The notes under the pieces: generated by a model
The model's database searches: none
The model's input: the letters and a program-made list of their open reading frames with translations, nothing else
What the model was told of the DNA's origin: nothing
Assembly (NCBI GenBank): GCA_963713045.1
Contig: CAVQKE010000004.1
Coordinates: 608,001-672,000, forward strand
Direction: 5' to 3'
Length of the DNA stretch: 64,000 nt
Origin: an uncultured delta proteobacterium
Lineage (GTDB): Bacteria > Myxococcota > Myxococcia > Myxococcales > Myxococcaceae
Shown here: positions 1 to 9,769 of the stretch, one piece after another
Position numbering within the stretch: position 1 is the stretch's first letter
How the letters are laid out: every line of letters begins with the position of its first letter
Made by a program: the position numbers and the translations under genes

Positions 1-157
1 TGTGGTCCACAACTCTCCGCACCTCTTCGGCGGCGAGCCCCCCGGTGACGGCGGCCCAGAGCTGCGTGGCGGCCGGGCAGTCGTCCCGGACGTCCCGAGG
101 GTCCGTCTTGCGGAATCTGTCAGCGAGCTGCTCTGCGTCGAGAACGGGCATCATCAT
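1..157 (-). CDS. Putative zf-HC2-type anti-sigma factor, N-terminal part (runs off window edge)
   Basis: Not in the ORF track; read manually. ATG at 157 overlaps the sigma stop (ATGA). Translation MMMPVLDAEQLADRFRKTDPRDVRDDCPAATQLWAAVTGGLAAEEVRRVVDH..; the CP..L...G.L..EE...V.DH pattern is the lead-in to an HxxxCxxC zinc-finger anti-sigma motif. Confidence 0.65.
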   Translation of the reverse strand, partial: MMMPVLDAEQLADRFRKTDPRDVRDDCPAATQLWAAVTGGLAAEEVRRVVDH

Positions 158-678
158 TCCACCGCTTTAGAACCCAGGCATTGTCGAAGCTCCTCAAGGC
201 CGCGGTACAGTAGGTTTTCGACGCGCTTCTCTTTCCAGCCCAAGGCCCGCGCCGTTTCAGAGGCCCGCGAACCCTGGAGGTACAACGTCACGGCGGTGCG
301 TCGAGCTTCGGGAAGCCGTGCGAGGCACTGACGAATCGCGACCCCGACATCTGCGGGAGCAGCTTGTGCGTCGCCCAGCGCCCCGAGCGCAACCCGTTGC
401 GCTTCCTGTCTCCTCTTCCTCCTCAGTTCATCGATGACCACCGTGAACGCGACCTGCCGTACATAAGACGCTCGAGGGGCCCCTGTTTCCCCGTCGACCC
501 CCCGTTCAAATAGTTTTAGAAGCGCAGTTTGGACCAAATCCTCTCTCAGTGAAACTAAGTCGGACGGGCAGTGTTTCATCACAGCGCGAACCAAGACGGC
601 ACGGAGCGCTGTCCAAGCGTCTTCCGCCGCAGACTGAGCTAATGGCTCCGCAATTGCGGGCCGATGCCGCCCTTCCAT
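154..678 (-). CDS. ECF RNA polymerase sigma factor
   Basis: Region 2 (EDLVQTALLKL...SYVRQVAFTVVIDELRR) and region 4 (CLARLPEARRTAVTLYLQG..ETARALGW..KRVENLLYRG); start chosen at ATG 678. Confidence 0.88.
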   Translation of the reverse strand: MEGRHRPAIAEPLAQSAAEDAWTALRAVLVRAVMKHCPSDLVSLREDLVQTALLKLFERGVDGETGAPRASYVRQVAFTVVIDELRRKRRQEAQRVALGALGDAQAAPADVGVAIRQCLARLPEARRTAVTLYLQGSRASETARALGWKEKRVENLLYRGLEELRQCLGSKAVE

Positions 679-899
679 GCTAGCGAGTGTACCGGTGTCG
701 GGGAGGAGATGTCCCCAAGAGGACAGAATGAAGGGGCTCGGGGCCTCGCCCGCCTCGCAGTAGCGGGGGATGCCCTCGTTTCTCGACGTCGGCCCAGCAG
801 GACGTCGGCGGAAGGTCGAGACTCCCGAGCCAAGGGAGACGCTGTGGAGGAGACCTCGCCGGCCACGGGTCAAACCCCAACCGGCGCGGCTGGACTGAC

Positions 900-3686
900 G
901 TGCTGACGTTGGTGCTTTTCCTCGCGGCCGTACAGCCAAGTCACGACGTGGTCGCGCCTTGCCTCGCGGAGCTCCAACGAGAGCCGAAAGCCCTCAGCCC
1001 GTACCAATGTCTCATCGGCGCAGCAGCCCAGGGACAGGCACACACGGTGATGCACCTTCTTGTCCGGATGGTGCAACTCCATCCTGACGACCCGAGACCG
1101 CGCCTGTACCTTTCGCTGCTGAGAGAGTTTGGCGGGGAGGCGGTGCCCGAGAAAGAATTCCGGCTCGCCGCGGAAGGCTTCCGCCGGGAAGGCGAGCCCT
1201 TTGGACGCGTCTACTCGCTCACCTCGCTGGTCGGCAGCCAGTGTTTTACCCACCTCAGGTGCGACGCCGCGGCCGAAGGCCTCCTCACCGAAGCCGAGCG
1301 CGTCGCGGAGGAGTCGGACAGCAACCACCTACGGCGCTTGGTCCAATTGTTTTGGTTGCGCCTGTCGCTTCTCAAAGATGACGTCGCGCGTGCCGAGCGC
1401 GCCGCCGCGCGGCTGGATGCGATTGCCGGCGATGACCCGCCTTGGCTCAGCGCCCAGGTGTTCGAGGCCCGGGTGCGGCTCGCATACCAAACGAAGAACT
1501 TCGAGTGGGAGGAGGCCATCTGCTCGGACCTCCTCAAGAAAAGCGGACCCGGTACCGACGAGCACGCGATTGCGCTCGGGGGGCTGGGAGAAGCGATGGC
1601 GCACCTGGCCCTTCGAGGTCGGGAAGACCGTGCTGCCGCGGAGGACGTGCTGCGGCGTGCGCTCAAAGAGGAGGATCGCCGCGACCTCCACATGACCCTG
1701 GGTGGAAACGGGAGCTTTCGTACCAGGGAAGTTCTCGCGCTGCTGCTTGGACCCACGGAGGAATCGACGCGACTGCTGGAGCAGAACATCGCTCGGTCCA
1801 CACGGCAGGGAGGATGGACAGGATGGCTGGCGTACTCCACCGAATGGATACTTGCTCGAAACCTCATCGACGGCCGACCGGCGCACCCGTCCGAAGCACT
1901 TGACCTGGCTGATCGCTCCGCTCAGCGTGCGTCCGACGCGCATCAAGTGTGGGAACACGCCCACGCGGTTCTGGTCCGAGCCTATGTGCTCATCAAGTCT
2001 GGCCGGCGCGAGGAGGCGCGCCTGGCCGCCGACGCGGCGCTTCGTGAGTTGGAGGAACTCAGGCGCAAGCAGGAGGACATCGAGGTTCGGATTCGTTACG
2101 AGGACACGCTGGCCTTTGCCTACGAGTTGGTCGCCGGGCTCGCGCTCGATCCGCGCTTCGGTGAGATTCGTGAGGGAGATGTCGATTACGCATTCTCAGT
2201 CACCGAGCGGATGCGCGCGCGCGCGCTGCTCGAAGACGTTCTCGCTCGCGACCGAGCGAAGGGGCTTTGGCAACGAGACGAGATGCTGCTCCGGGGTCGA
2301 ATCACCTCGTATCAGGAGTTGCTGCTGGATGCGTCATCCTCACCGAGTGCGCGGTTGGCAGCCGTGGTTGAGCTCCGAGCGGCCGAGAGCCAGCTGCTCG
2401 ACCTTCGGACCAACGGGGTGAACCTGCCGAGACAGGACGACGCGTTTCCTTCGCTGAAGGCAATTCAGGCGGAACTCTCCCCGCGGGAGGCGCTCGTTTC
2501 CTTTCAGGAATGGAGTCCAGAGGCGCGGACCGATGCGCCGTTCGTTGATGGTCGGTCGTGGGCAACCATCGTCACCCGCTCGGCGATTCGCGTCGCGCAA
2601 ATTCCGAACGCCGATCAGCTCGAGTTGCGAGTGAACTTCTTCCGCCAAGTGTTGGGACGTCGTGACGGCTCGGAACGCTCGGGGAGCACCGTCCTCTACC
2701 AGGCGCTGATGAAGCAAGTCCTCGAAGTCCTGCCACCTGAAGTCAGCCATTTGGTCCTCATTCCCGATGGGCCCTTGCACCAGCTTCCATTCGACGCGCT
2801 GTTGATGACACCGTCCGGTCCGTTCCTGGCCGAACGATTCAACGTGACGTTGGTTCCATCCGCAGCAATTTGGCTTGCCATTCGGAGGCGTCCGCACGCG
2901 CCGGGAGGTTTGGCGTTGGCTCTGGTCGTGGCGAACCCGGGCCTGTCCAGCGGCGCTGCACGTCAGTGGGCCGCGCGCGGGCAACATCTCGAGGAGCTGA
3001 CACAAGCTTACGACGAGGGCCAACGGGCGGTGCGAGCGTTTCCGCCCGGGAGTCGGCTCTTTTCCGGCGCTTCCGCTTCAAAAAGCTCGCTGGTGTCGAT
3101 GAGCTTGGCGCCATTCACTCTCTTGCACTTCGCGACGCATTCCATCGTCGACCCCGTCGCGCCAGAGCGCTCCGCCATCGTGCTGGCCTCGGGGAGCGCG
3201 TCCGACGATGGCCTGCTCAGAGTCGAGGACATCTCGAAGCTCGGCCTTGCGGGAAAGACCGTGGTGCTGGCCGCTTGCAGCACCTCCGAAGGGCTCATTC
3301 GCCGTTCCGAAGGACTGATGAGTTTGAGCCGACCGTTCCTCGCCGCTGGGGGCCAGGCTGTCGTGGGAACACTGCAACGGGTTCGAGACGCCGAGTCCTC
3401 TCGATTTTTCGACGAATTCTATTCGGCCCTGGAGAAGGGGAATTCCTTGGCAGACTCACTCTGCGCCGCCAAGCGTGCGCGCATTCGAGCGGGGGCTCCA
3501 CCGGCCGCGTGGTCGGGCTTTGTCCTGCTGGGCAATGGCGATGCTGCGCCGCGCGCGGCCGACCCGAGTGACTCCCGCACCGTTGCCGAGCTTGTTTGCG
3601 CAGCTGGCGTCATGGTCGCGGTCGGGTTTCGGCTGAGTCGGGTGCAGACGCGGGCCCGAAAAGGTGCCACGGCCGAGCCGCCGTAA
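900..3686 (+). CDS. CHAT (caspase HetF-associated) domain protease with helical/TPR-like N-terminus, signal peptide and C-terminal TM helix
   Basis: LVLIPDGPLHQLPFDAL, LLHFATHS (catalytic His), VVLAACST (catalytic Cys), PAAWSGFVLLG; hydrophobic N-terminus and C-terminal hydrophobic segment followed by basic residues. Confidence 0.9.
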   Translation: MLTLVLFLAAVQPSHDVVAPCLAELQREPKALSPYQCLIGAAAQGQAHTVMHLLVRMVQLHPDDPRPRLYLSLLREFGGEAVPEKEFRLAAEGFRREGEPFGRVYSLTSLVGSQCFTHLRCDAAAEGLLTEAERVAEESDSNHLRRLVQLFWLRLSLLKDDVARAERAAARLDAIAGDDPPWLSAQVFEARVRLAYQTKNFEWEEAICSDLLKKSGPGTDEHAIALGGLGEAMAHLALRGREDRAAAEDVLRRALKEEDRRDLHMTLGGNGSFRTREVLALLLGPTEESTRLLEQNIARSTRQGGWTGWLAYSTEWILARNLIDGRPAHPSEALDLADRSAQRASDAHQVWEHAHAVLVRAYVLIKSGRREEARLAADAALRELEELRRKQEDIEVRIRYEDTLAFAYELVAGLALDPRFGEIREGDVDYAFSVTERMRARALLEDVLARDRAKGLWQRDEMLLRGRITSYQELLLDASSSPSARLAAVVELRAAESQLLDLRTNGVNLPRQDDAFPSLKAIQAELSPREALVSFQEWSPEARTDAPFVDGRSWATIVTRSAIRVAQIPNADQLELRVNFFRQVLGRRDGSERSGSTVLYQALMKQVLEVLPPEVSHLVLIPDGPLHQLPFDALLMTPSGPFLAERFNVTLVPSAAIWLAIRRRPHAPGGLALALVVANPGLSSGAARQWAARGQHLEELTQAYDEGQRAVRAFPPGSRLFSGASASKSSLVSMSLAPFTLLHFATHSIVDPVAPERSAIVLASGSASDDGLLRVEDISKLGLAGKTVVLAACSTSEGLIRRSEGLMSLSRPFLAAGGQAVVGTLQRVRDAESSRFFDEFYSALEKGNSLADSLCAAKRARIRAGAPPAAWSGFVLLGNGDAAPRAADPSDSRTVAELVCAAGVMVAVGFRLSRVQTRARKGATAEPP

Positions 3687-3805
3687 GGGGCCGAGTAAAC
3701 CCAAGCGCGGGCTCGGCCAGCCGTCCGAGGAAGTGGGGCTAAACCCCCTCGACCGTCCGCGTTTCACTCCAGCCCTGACAGTGGCTGGAGCCGGCCCGCC
3801 GGCAC

Positions 3806-4336
3806 TTACTTCTTCGCGGCGAACGGCGTGTATCCGAACTTTTGCCCGCCCACGCTCGCCTCGTACATGAGGCCGCCCTTCGTGGCGGTGAAGATCGCCA
3901 CGCCCTTCTCGTACTTGGCGGTGGCCGCCGCCCCGGCCGAGAGAGCCACCGCCGATGCCTGCGCAGCCAGTGCGAAGTTGCCCTTCTTGAAGTCGCTCAG
4001 CGAGGATGCCGTCTCGAAGAAGATAACCTCCGAGTAGGTCTGGCCACCGAGCTGGAACCCGATGCTGGCCTGGCCCATGGACGACTTCCCCAGCGGCTGG
4101 CCGCCCACGAAGAGGATGCCGTCGCCACCGGCCCCGCCCACCACAACCGCGCCCTTGCCGATGGTGGGGAACACCGCATAGCCCGCCGCCGAGCTGAAGA
4201 ACTTCTCGATTTTCGGGTCAGTTTTCTTGAAGGTATCGACGGTGGCCCGCGCTTCGGAGATCAGCGCGTTGTCATCGGCCAGCGCGGTGGAAGCGACGAT
4301 GACGGCCAACGCGACGAGCAGGTTTGTTGGGCGCAT
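3806..4336 (-). CDS. Ysc84/SYLF lipid-binding domain secreted protein
   Basis: Signal peptide then AAGYAVFPTIGKGAVVVGGAGGDG, ASIGFQLGGQTYSEVIFF, GGLMYEASVGGQKF. Confidence 0.85.
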   Translation of the reverse strand: MRPTNLLVALAVIVASTALADDNALISEARATVDTFKKTDPKIEKFFSSAAGYAVFPTIGKGAVVVGGAGGDGILFVGGQPLGKSSMGQASIGFQLGGQTYSEVIFFETASSLSDFKKGNFALAAQASAVALSAGAAATAKYEKGVAIFTATKGGLMYEASVGGQKFGYTPFAAKK

Positions 4337-4623
4337 GAAAAAAACCATACACCTTGCGGTTCCCTGTGTCGCAACCGACTTCGCGCTCCGGAGCGTGGCG
4401 GATCCAGTCTGCCTGTAGGCACCGGCAGGCTCACTGTCCGTGACATTGCTGTGCATCTTCCAGGAGGAGCCGTGGGCGTCGCGCCGGCCGCGAAGGAAAA
4501 GCCCACCAACGACGGCGTGCAGAAGGATGAGCGAGCTGCTCAAGGCCTGTTTAGCGGCAACGGATCCTCCGGTCCTGGGCGCCGGAGCTAGGAAGGTCCA
4601 CGGCCACGTGCTAGGGGGAAGCA

Positions 4624-6084
4624 ATGGGGCGCGCGTCTCGCGCTGGAGTCCTCGCCTTCCTGCTGGGCGGGACGCTGGTTGCAGCCCAGGCCAACTCCCC
4701 CGCGCCCCCCAAGGGGGGCACTGCCAAACAGGTAGTGCTCGCGCCCGCCAAGGGTGACTGGGATGAAATCCAGCGGCGCGGGGTCCTGCGGGCGCTGGTT
4801 GTCTACAGCCGGACCCTCTACTTCGTGGACCGGGGAAAGCAACGCGGCGCGACCTACGAGATGATTAAGGCGTTTGAGGATGACGTGAACAGGCGCCTCA
4901 AGACGAAGGCGCTCCGGTTTCACGTTGTCTTTATCCCGGTGACGCGAGACCAGCTCATCCCCGCGCTGTTGGAAGGACGGGGTGACATCGCAGCCGCCAA
5001 CCTCCTCATCACGCCGGAGCGCAGCCAGGTGGTGGACTTCACCGTCCCCGTGCTCGAGGACGTGAGCCAACTGGTGGTTACCGGACCCTCGGGGCCGAAG
5101 ATCTCGAGCTTGGACCAGCTGTCCGGACAGCCGGTCCACGTCCGGAAGTCGTCGAGCTACTGGGAGCACCTTGAGGCGCTCAACCGGCGGCTGGTCGAAC
5201 AAGGCCAGCAGCCGGTGAAGCTGGTTCCGGTGCCCGAGGAACTGGAGGACGAGGATGTGCTGGAGATGGTGAACGCCGGTCTCCTTCCCACCACCGTCTG
5301 CGACCAGTTTCACGCAACCTTCTGGAAGCACCTCTACAAGCAGCTCTCGTTCGACCCGTCGGTTGCGGTCAGCAGCGGCGGGTCCGCCGCCTGGATGATC
5401 CGAAAGGACAACCCCGAGCTGAAGGCAGTGCTGGACTCGTTCATCCAGAGGCACCGGAAGGGAACCGCCTTCGGGAACACGCTGCTCCGGCGCTACCAGG
5501 GGAACCCGTCCGCGGTACTCCCCGCCACTTCGGGAAGCGAGCTCAAGAAGTTCGAGAAGACGGTCGAGCTGTTCCGGAAGTATGGGCAGAAGTACGGCGT
5601 CGACTACCTGCTGGTGATGGCGCAGGGGTACCAAGAGTCCCGACTCGACCAGCGCGCCACCAGCCACGTCGGTGCCGTCGGCGTCATGCAGCTGATGCCG
5701 GCGACCGGAGCACAGATGAAGGTCGGCGACATCCATGAGCTGGAGCCGAACATCAACGGCGGCGTGAAGTACCTCCGCCACGTGGAGGACACCTACTTCG
5801 ACGAACCTGGGCTCGACCCGCTGACGAAAGGGCTCTTCGCCTTTGCCTCGTACAACGCGGGTCCGAACCGCGTCCAGTCGCTGCGAAGGGAAGCTGCCAA
5901 GCGCGGGCTGGACCCTAACCGGTGGTTCAAGAACGTGGAGTACGTGGCAGCCGACCGGATTGGCCAGGAGACCGTCACCTACGTCGCCAACATCTTCAAG
6001 TACTACGTTGCCTACCAGCTGGTCGCCGCGGCGCAGCAGGACCGCGCGACCGCGCGACAGCCACTCGAGACCACCAAACCCTGA
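4624..6084 (+). CDS. mltF: MltF-like lytic transglycosylase (SBP family 3 domain + SLT domain)
   Basis: GDWDEIQRRGVLRALV, GRGDIAAANL; SLT motifs QGYQESRL, GAVGVMQLMPAT, ASYNAGP, ETVTYV. Confidence 0.88.
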   Translation: MGRASRAGVLAFLLGGTLVAAQANSPAPPKGGTAKQVVLAPAKGDWDEIQRRGVLRALVVYSRTLYFVDRGKQRGATYEMIKAFEDDVNRRLKTKALRFHVVFIPVTRDQLIPALLEGRGDIAAANLLITPERSQVVDFTVPVLEDVSQLVVTGPSGPKISSLDQLSGQPVHVRKSSSYWEHLEALNRRLVEQGQQPVKLVPVPEELEDEDVLEMVNAGLLPTTVCDQFHATFWKHLYKQLSFDPSVAVSSGGSAAWMIRKDNPELKAVLDSFIQRHRKGTAFGNTLLRRYQGNPSAVLPATSGSELKKFEKTVELFRKYGQKYGVDYLLVMAQGYQESRLDQRATSHVGAVGVMQLMPATGAQMKVGDIHELEPNINGGVKYLRHVEDTYFDEPGLDPLTKGLFAFASYNAGPNRVQSLRREAAKRGLDPNRWFKNVEYVAADRIGQETVTYVANIFKYYVAYQLVAAAQQDRATARQPLETTKP

Positions 6085-6173
6085 GCCATCAGGCGCGCGC
6101 CTCCCTCGCGGTGTGGCAGAGTCACCCGCAATTCCAGGTGCAGCGGATAGGCCTCGCCGCCTGGAACCGCTGC

Positions 6174-9100
6174 CTACCGTCCGGAACGCCACGCCGCGGG
6201 GATGAGCCAGTAGAGCATCCCGTTGAGATCCGCCACCGTCAGGGCGACGAAAGGCGTGTTCCAGTTTCCCCCCGTCAGGTTCCGAAAACCGAAGGAGACG
6301 CCGAGCCTGTCCTGGAGGATGAGGATGTCGAACTCGACTCCGAACTCCGACCCGCCACTCCACGCCAGCGACCAGCGAGGCCCGGAGCCGATTCCAACCG
6401 GACCGAGATGGAGCACGCCCCGAACTCCAAGAGTGCTGGAGACCACGCCCGAGCTAAACTGGATGTCGACAACCTGAAGGGTCGAGTCAATCGAGAACCA
6501 GCGACCAAGCTGAAGGCGCGGCTCGAGCCAGCTCAGAGCGAGGCTGCCCCCCACGACGTCGAGTGCCACCCGGTAGGGCACGAGGTGCGCGAGGACGATG
6601 GGCAGGTACGACCCGTTGGCGATGGGCTGGAGGGGAATGGTCGAGGGATCGACCTGAAACAGGATTTTCCCCTCCTCCTCGGCGGCACGGCTCACCGTCT
6701 CTCCGGCGCCAATGAGCAGGTTGACCGCCTTGCCGGTGGTGGACGACGACGGGCCTTGGGCGACCTCAACCGCACCGGCCCGGTCGAGCGCCCTCTGGAC
6801 CGTCTGCGCCAGCCAGCGACCCTGGTCGGCGAGCGCCGCCTTCATCGCCTGGGACTCGGGCTGGTAGCCCTCAGCCTCGAGCCGTTCCAGGAACTGCTGG
6901 AAGCTGAGCTCTACGATGCACAGCGCTTCCTTAGCCGACGGCGTGCACGGCATGGCGGGTTCCAGAAGCACCTTCAGGGCGATGCCCATCGAGCCGAGCG
7001 AGCGCAGGTCTGGCGCCGGACCGAGCCAGCTCCATTCCGGGGTCGACGCGAACCGGTCCGCCGCGCTTGAGCTGCCGAGCCATGCGGCGAGCTCACGGCG
7101 GGCGAGCGCCCGCACCACGGGCCCTGCCCTCGGAGAGGTGAGAATCCGCAGATGCTCGACGAACGTCCCCATCGCCGCACCGATGCACGCCTGGGTCTGC
7201 TCCTGGGAAGCGTCCAGCTCCCCGGTCCCGTCCGCCTTGAGCACAGGCGACGGCCGGAAGGCGAGATACGGATCTTGCTCGGCACAGGCGAGTGTGGCCG
7301 TCGCTCGCAGCGCCTCATAGACCCCGGTGTAGTAGTCCAGCTCGCGGAGCGGAAGGTCCATGAACCCGGCGAAGTGTTCGAGGTTTGCGCCGGCGAGCGG
7401 ACTGAAGCGTGTGGCAACGACCATGCGCCGCTGGCCGCGGACATTCGATTCGATTTCCGCCGCCTCCCGGGCGAGCGACACCGCGGTATCGCTCAGGTTT
7501 GCGAGCCGAGGTCGGAGCTCACCGAGCGCCACCAGCTTTCCTGCTGCCTCGCGGACCGCCTCGGAGAGACCCGACGGCGGCACAGCGGCAAATGCATCCC
7601 GGAGAGGAACGAAGACTCCCCCAGTGAAGAGCTGTGTCGTCGGGGTGGTGGCGAGCGTGGACAGAATCTGCGCTGCCGCGTCGCGGACCCCAGGTGGGAC
7701 CTCCGGCCCGGTCAACTGCTGGAGCGCATCGGCAATGGTCCGACGGGAGATTTGGATAGCCCGGTCCGGTAGCGCTTTCACCGCCACTGCCGAGCGCAGA
7801 CAGGCGGCGCGCATCCGTCGCAGCAGATTCTCGTCCCCCACCACCTGAGCGAAGTGGAGCAGCTCGTCGGCGAGGAAGGCCACGCCCCCAGCGGCCACTC
7901 TCGACCGCGCGGCGAGGCCGGTTGAGGGTCCTATGGCGGCCAGCTCGTCGATAAAAGGCGGGACCGCTTCTGCGAGGCGGAGTGCCTCGTCGGGCGACAG
8001 GGGAACGGTGCCCACCGTACGGGCCTCGGGTGAGGGGGCAAGGCTACCCTCGCCCTCGATTGCCGCTGCGCAGCTATCCAGCTCCGCAGCCGTCAGAGGG
8101 TGGCGGCGAAGGCAACGGTCGAGCACGCGTCCGAACGCTCCGCGCTCGGCGCTCGCCGGCCTCCAGGTCGGGGGGCTCGGCTCGGTGGTCGCAACTCTCG
8201 CCTCCTGCAGTTGTGTGAGGAGCGAGCCATAGGAGGAAAGGGCCGATGCCGTTCGCCGGAGAAGCGAATCGGTGGTGAGATTCCAGCGCCGGGAAACGAT
8301 GGCCTCAACGAGACGCTGCTCGCGCGCCGTGTTCACCAAATCAGTGAACAGCGCCACCGTGTCGGTAATCCCTTGCGCGGCCCTCTCCGGCGCCGGGGGC
8401 GGGTCGAAGCGCGGTCGGCGCACCTCCGGGTCGACGAAGAAGACCGACAGCGGATGAAGGGGCCGCGAGGGAGCGAAGACTTCGGCCTGCTCCACGGCCA
8501 ACCCGATGGGTGCGTTGTCCAGGAATCCGCCATCGACGAAGTTGCTGCGACAGAGCTTGAACGGACGGCCTGCGCGGGCGGCGCTGTAGGCGGAACAGGT
8601 GAGGCTGCCGAGCGGCTTGCCCGGCACGGGACCCGGGCAATCTTTGGCGGTCACTTCGCGCTGGCCATCACCACACGACAGCCGGCATTCGCACAGGGGG
8701 CGCGCCCCGAAGGCCAGGGGAAAGGCCGCCGAGGCGAGCAGCGCCTGGATGGCCTCATCACCCGGCACGAACGGCCCCGAGGCGTCGATGGCTTCCGCCA
8801 GCGCCACGGTGTCCGCGACCGTCGGCGAGGACGGGAGGCCCAGGTCACGGCGGAGTCGAGCCACCCCGGTGCCATCCACCTCGAAGACCAGCGGCACCAC
8901 GGACTGCTGCGACTGAATGCGCAAACCAGAGACCGTCCTGAACTGCGGGACGACCCGTGTCAGGGTGAACCCGATGGGCACTCGGCACCCGGGCCGGAAG
9001 CGGATCCCACTCCCGGAGAAGATGCGGTCCCGAACGCTCGTGATGATTGGGTCGAACGCGGACGAGGCGAATAGGCCGTCCGCCGTGGTGTAAAGCTCCG

Positions 9101-9461
9101 GATTGCCGGGGAGGAGCTGGTCCATGCCGACGGAGAGCCACGAATCGCGGAGGAGGTTCTGATCCACCGAAAGGTCGCCGGTCTCGTCGTCTGCCTCGCA
9201 CCAGAAGGCGGCGGTCAGTAGGGAATTGACGCTCCCTGCTGAGGAGCCTGACAGCGCCTCGAGGCTTAAGTGCCGGGACCGCAACGGGTCCTGAAGCAAC
9301 TCGTTCTCCCGGATGAGCCGAAGCAACGTCCAGTTGACCGCCGCCTCGTATGTGCCGAGGCTCGCTGCGCCCTGCAGCGTGAGCGAGAACGGGTCGCTGC
9401 CGCTTGCAGGAGGTGATCCGGCGGCCACGACAATGAGCACGAGCAGCGCCGAGAGGTTCAC
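6174..9461 (-). CDS. Large secreted patatin-like phospholipase
   Basis: Signal peptide; LTLQGAASLGTYEAAV (Gly-rich loop), SGSSAGS (GxSxG), ASAAFPLAF, FVDGGFLDNAP. Confidence 0.85.
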   Translation of the reverse strand: MNLSALLVLIVVAAGSPPASGSDPFSLTLQGAASLGTYEAAVNWTLLRLIRENELLQDPLRSRHLSLEALSGSSAGSVNSLLTAAFWCEADDETGDLSVDQNLLRDSWLSVGMDQLLPGNPELYTTADGLFASSAFDPIITSVRDRIFSGSGIRFRPGCRVPIGFTLTRVVPQFRTVSGLRIQSQQSVVPLVFEVDGTGVARLRRDLGLPSSPTVADTVALAEAIDASGPFVPGDEAIQALLASAAFPLAFGARPLCECRLSCGDGQREVTAKDCPGPVPGKPLGSLTCSAYSAARAGRPFKLCRSNFVDGGFLDNAPIGLAVEQAEVFAPSRPLHPLSVFFVDPEVRRPRFDPPPAPERAAQGITDTVALFTDLVNTAREQRLVEAIVSRRWNLTTDSLLRRTASALSSYGSLLTQLQEARVATTEPSPPTWRPASAERGAFGRVLDRCLRRHPLTAAELDSCAAAIEGEGSLAPSPEARTVGTVPLSPDEALRLAEAVPPFIDELAAIGPSTGLAARSRVAAGGVAFLADELLHFAQVVGDENLLRRMRAACLRSAVAVKALPDRAIQISRRTIADALQQLTGPEVPPGVRDAAAQILSTLATTPTTQLFTGGVFVPLRDAFAAVPPSGLSEAVREAAGKLVALGELRPRLANLSDTAVSLAREAAEIESNVRGQRRMVVATRFSPLAGANLEHFAGFMDLPLRELDYYTGVYEALRATATLACAEQDPYLAFRPSPVLKADGTGELDASQEQTQACIGAAMGTFVEHLRILTSPRAGPVVRALARRELAAWLGSSSAADRFASTPEWSWLGPAPDLRSLGSMGIALKVLLEPAMPCTPSAKEALCIVELSFQQFLERLEAEGYQPESQAMKAALADQGRWLAQTVQRALDRAGAVEVAQGPSSSTTGKAVNLLIGAGETVSRAAEEEGKILFQVDPSTIPLQPIANGSYLPIVLAHLVPYRVALDVVGGSLALSWLEPRLQLGRWFSIDSTLQVVDIQFSSGVVSSTLGVRGVLHLGPVGIGSGPRWSLAWSGGSEFGVEFDILILQDRLGVSFGFRNLTGGNWNTPFVALTVADLNGMLYWLIPAAWRSGR

Positions 9462-9769
9462 GCTCGCCCCCCTGAATGAGGCCGAACCGGGCGAAGGAAA
9501 CTAGCACGCGTCAGCGCGCCTGGTGGGAGCTTCGAGGCGCTCCTTCCAAACGGCTCAGAGCGACGGCGGTGCGCTCCCGATTCGGTGGGCCCGGGGGAGC
9601 CACTCTGGCGCTGGGGGCACCCGCATTTCTGGGGGTCAGGAAGGACGGGCAGAGCGCCATTCTCTACCCAACCCTGGAATTTTCCTCTAGACGTGGCATA
9701 CACCGGGTGTTGTCGGTCGCTGGACAGCGGAGCAGCCTGAATTGGCCACTCTTTTGGGGGAGTTGGGCG

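Noticed and set aside
664..906. Small ORF between the ECF sigma and the CHAT gene
   Set aside because: The RBS-like GGAGGAG abuts the ATG with no spacer and the product is featureless; more likely a divergent promoter region.
4588..6363. 593-codon-scale antisense ORF over mltF and many similar long shadow ORFs
   Set aside because: Typical high-GC antisense open frames with no recognisable motifs.
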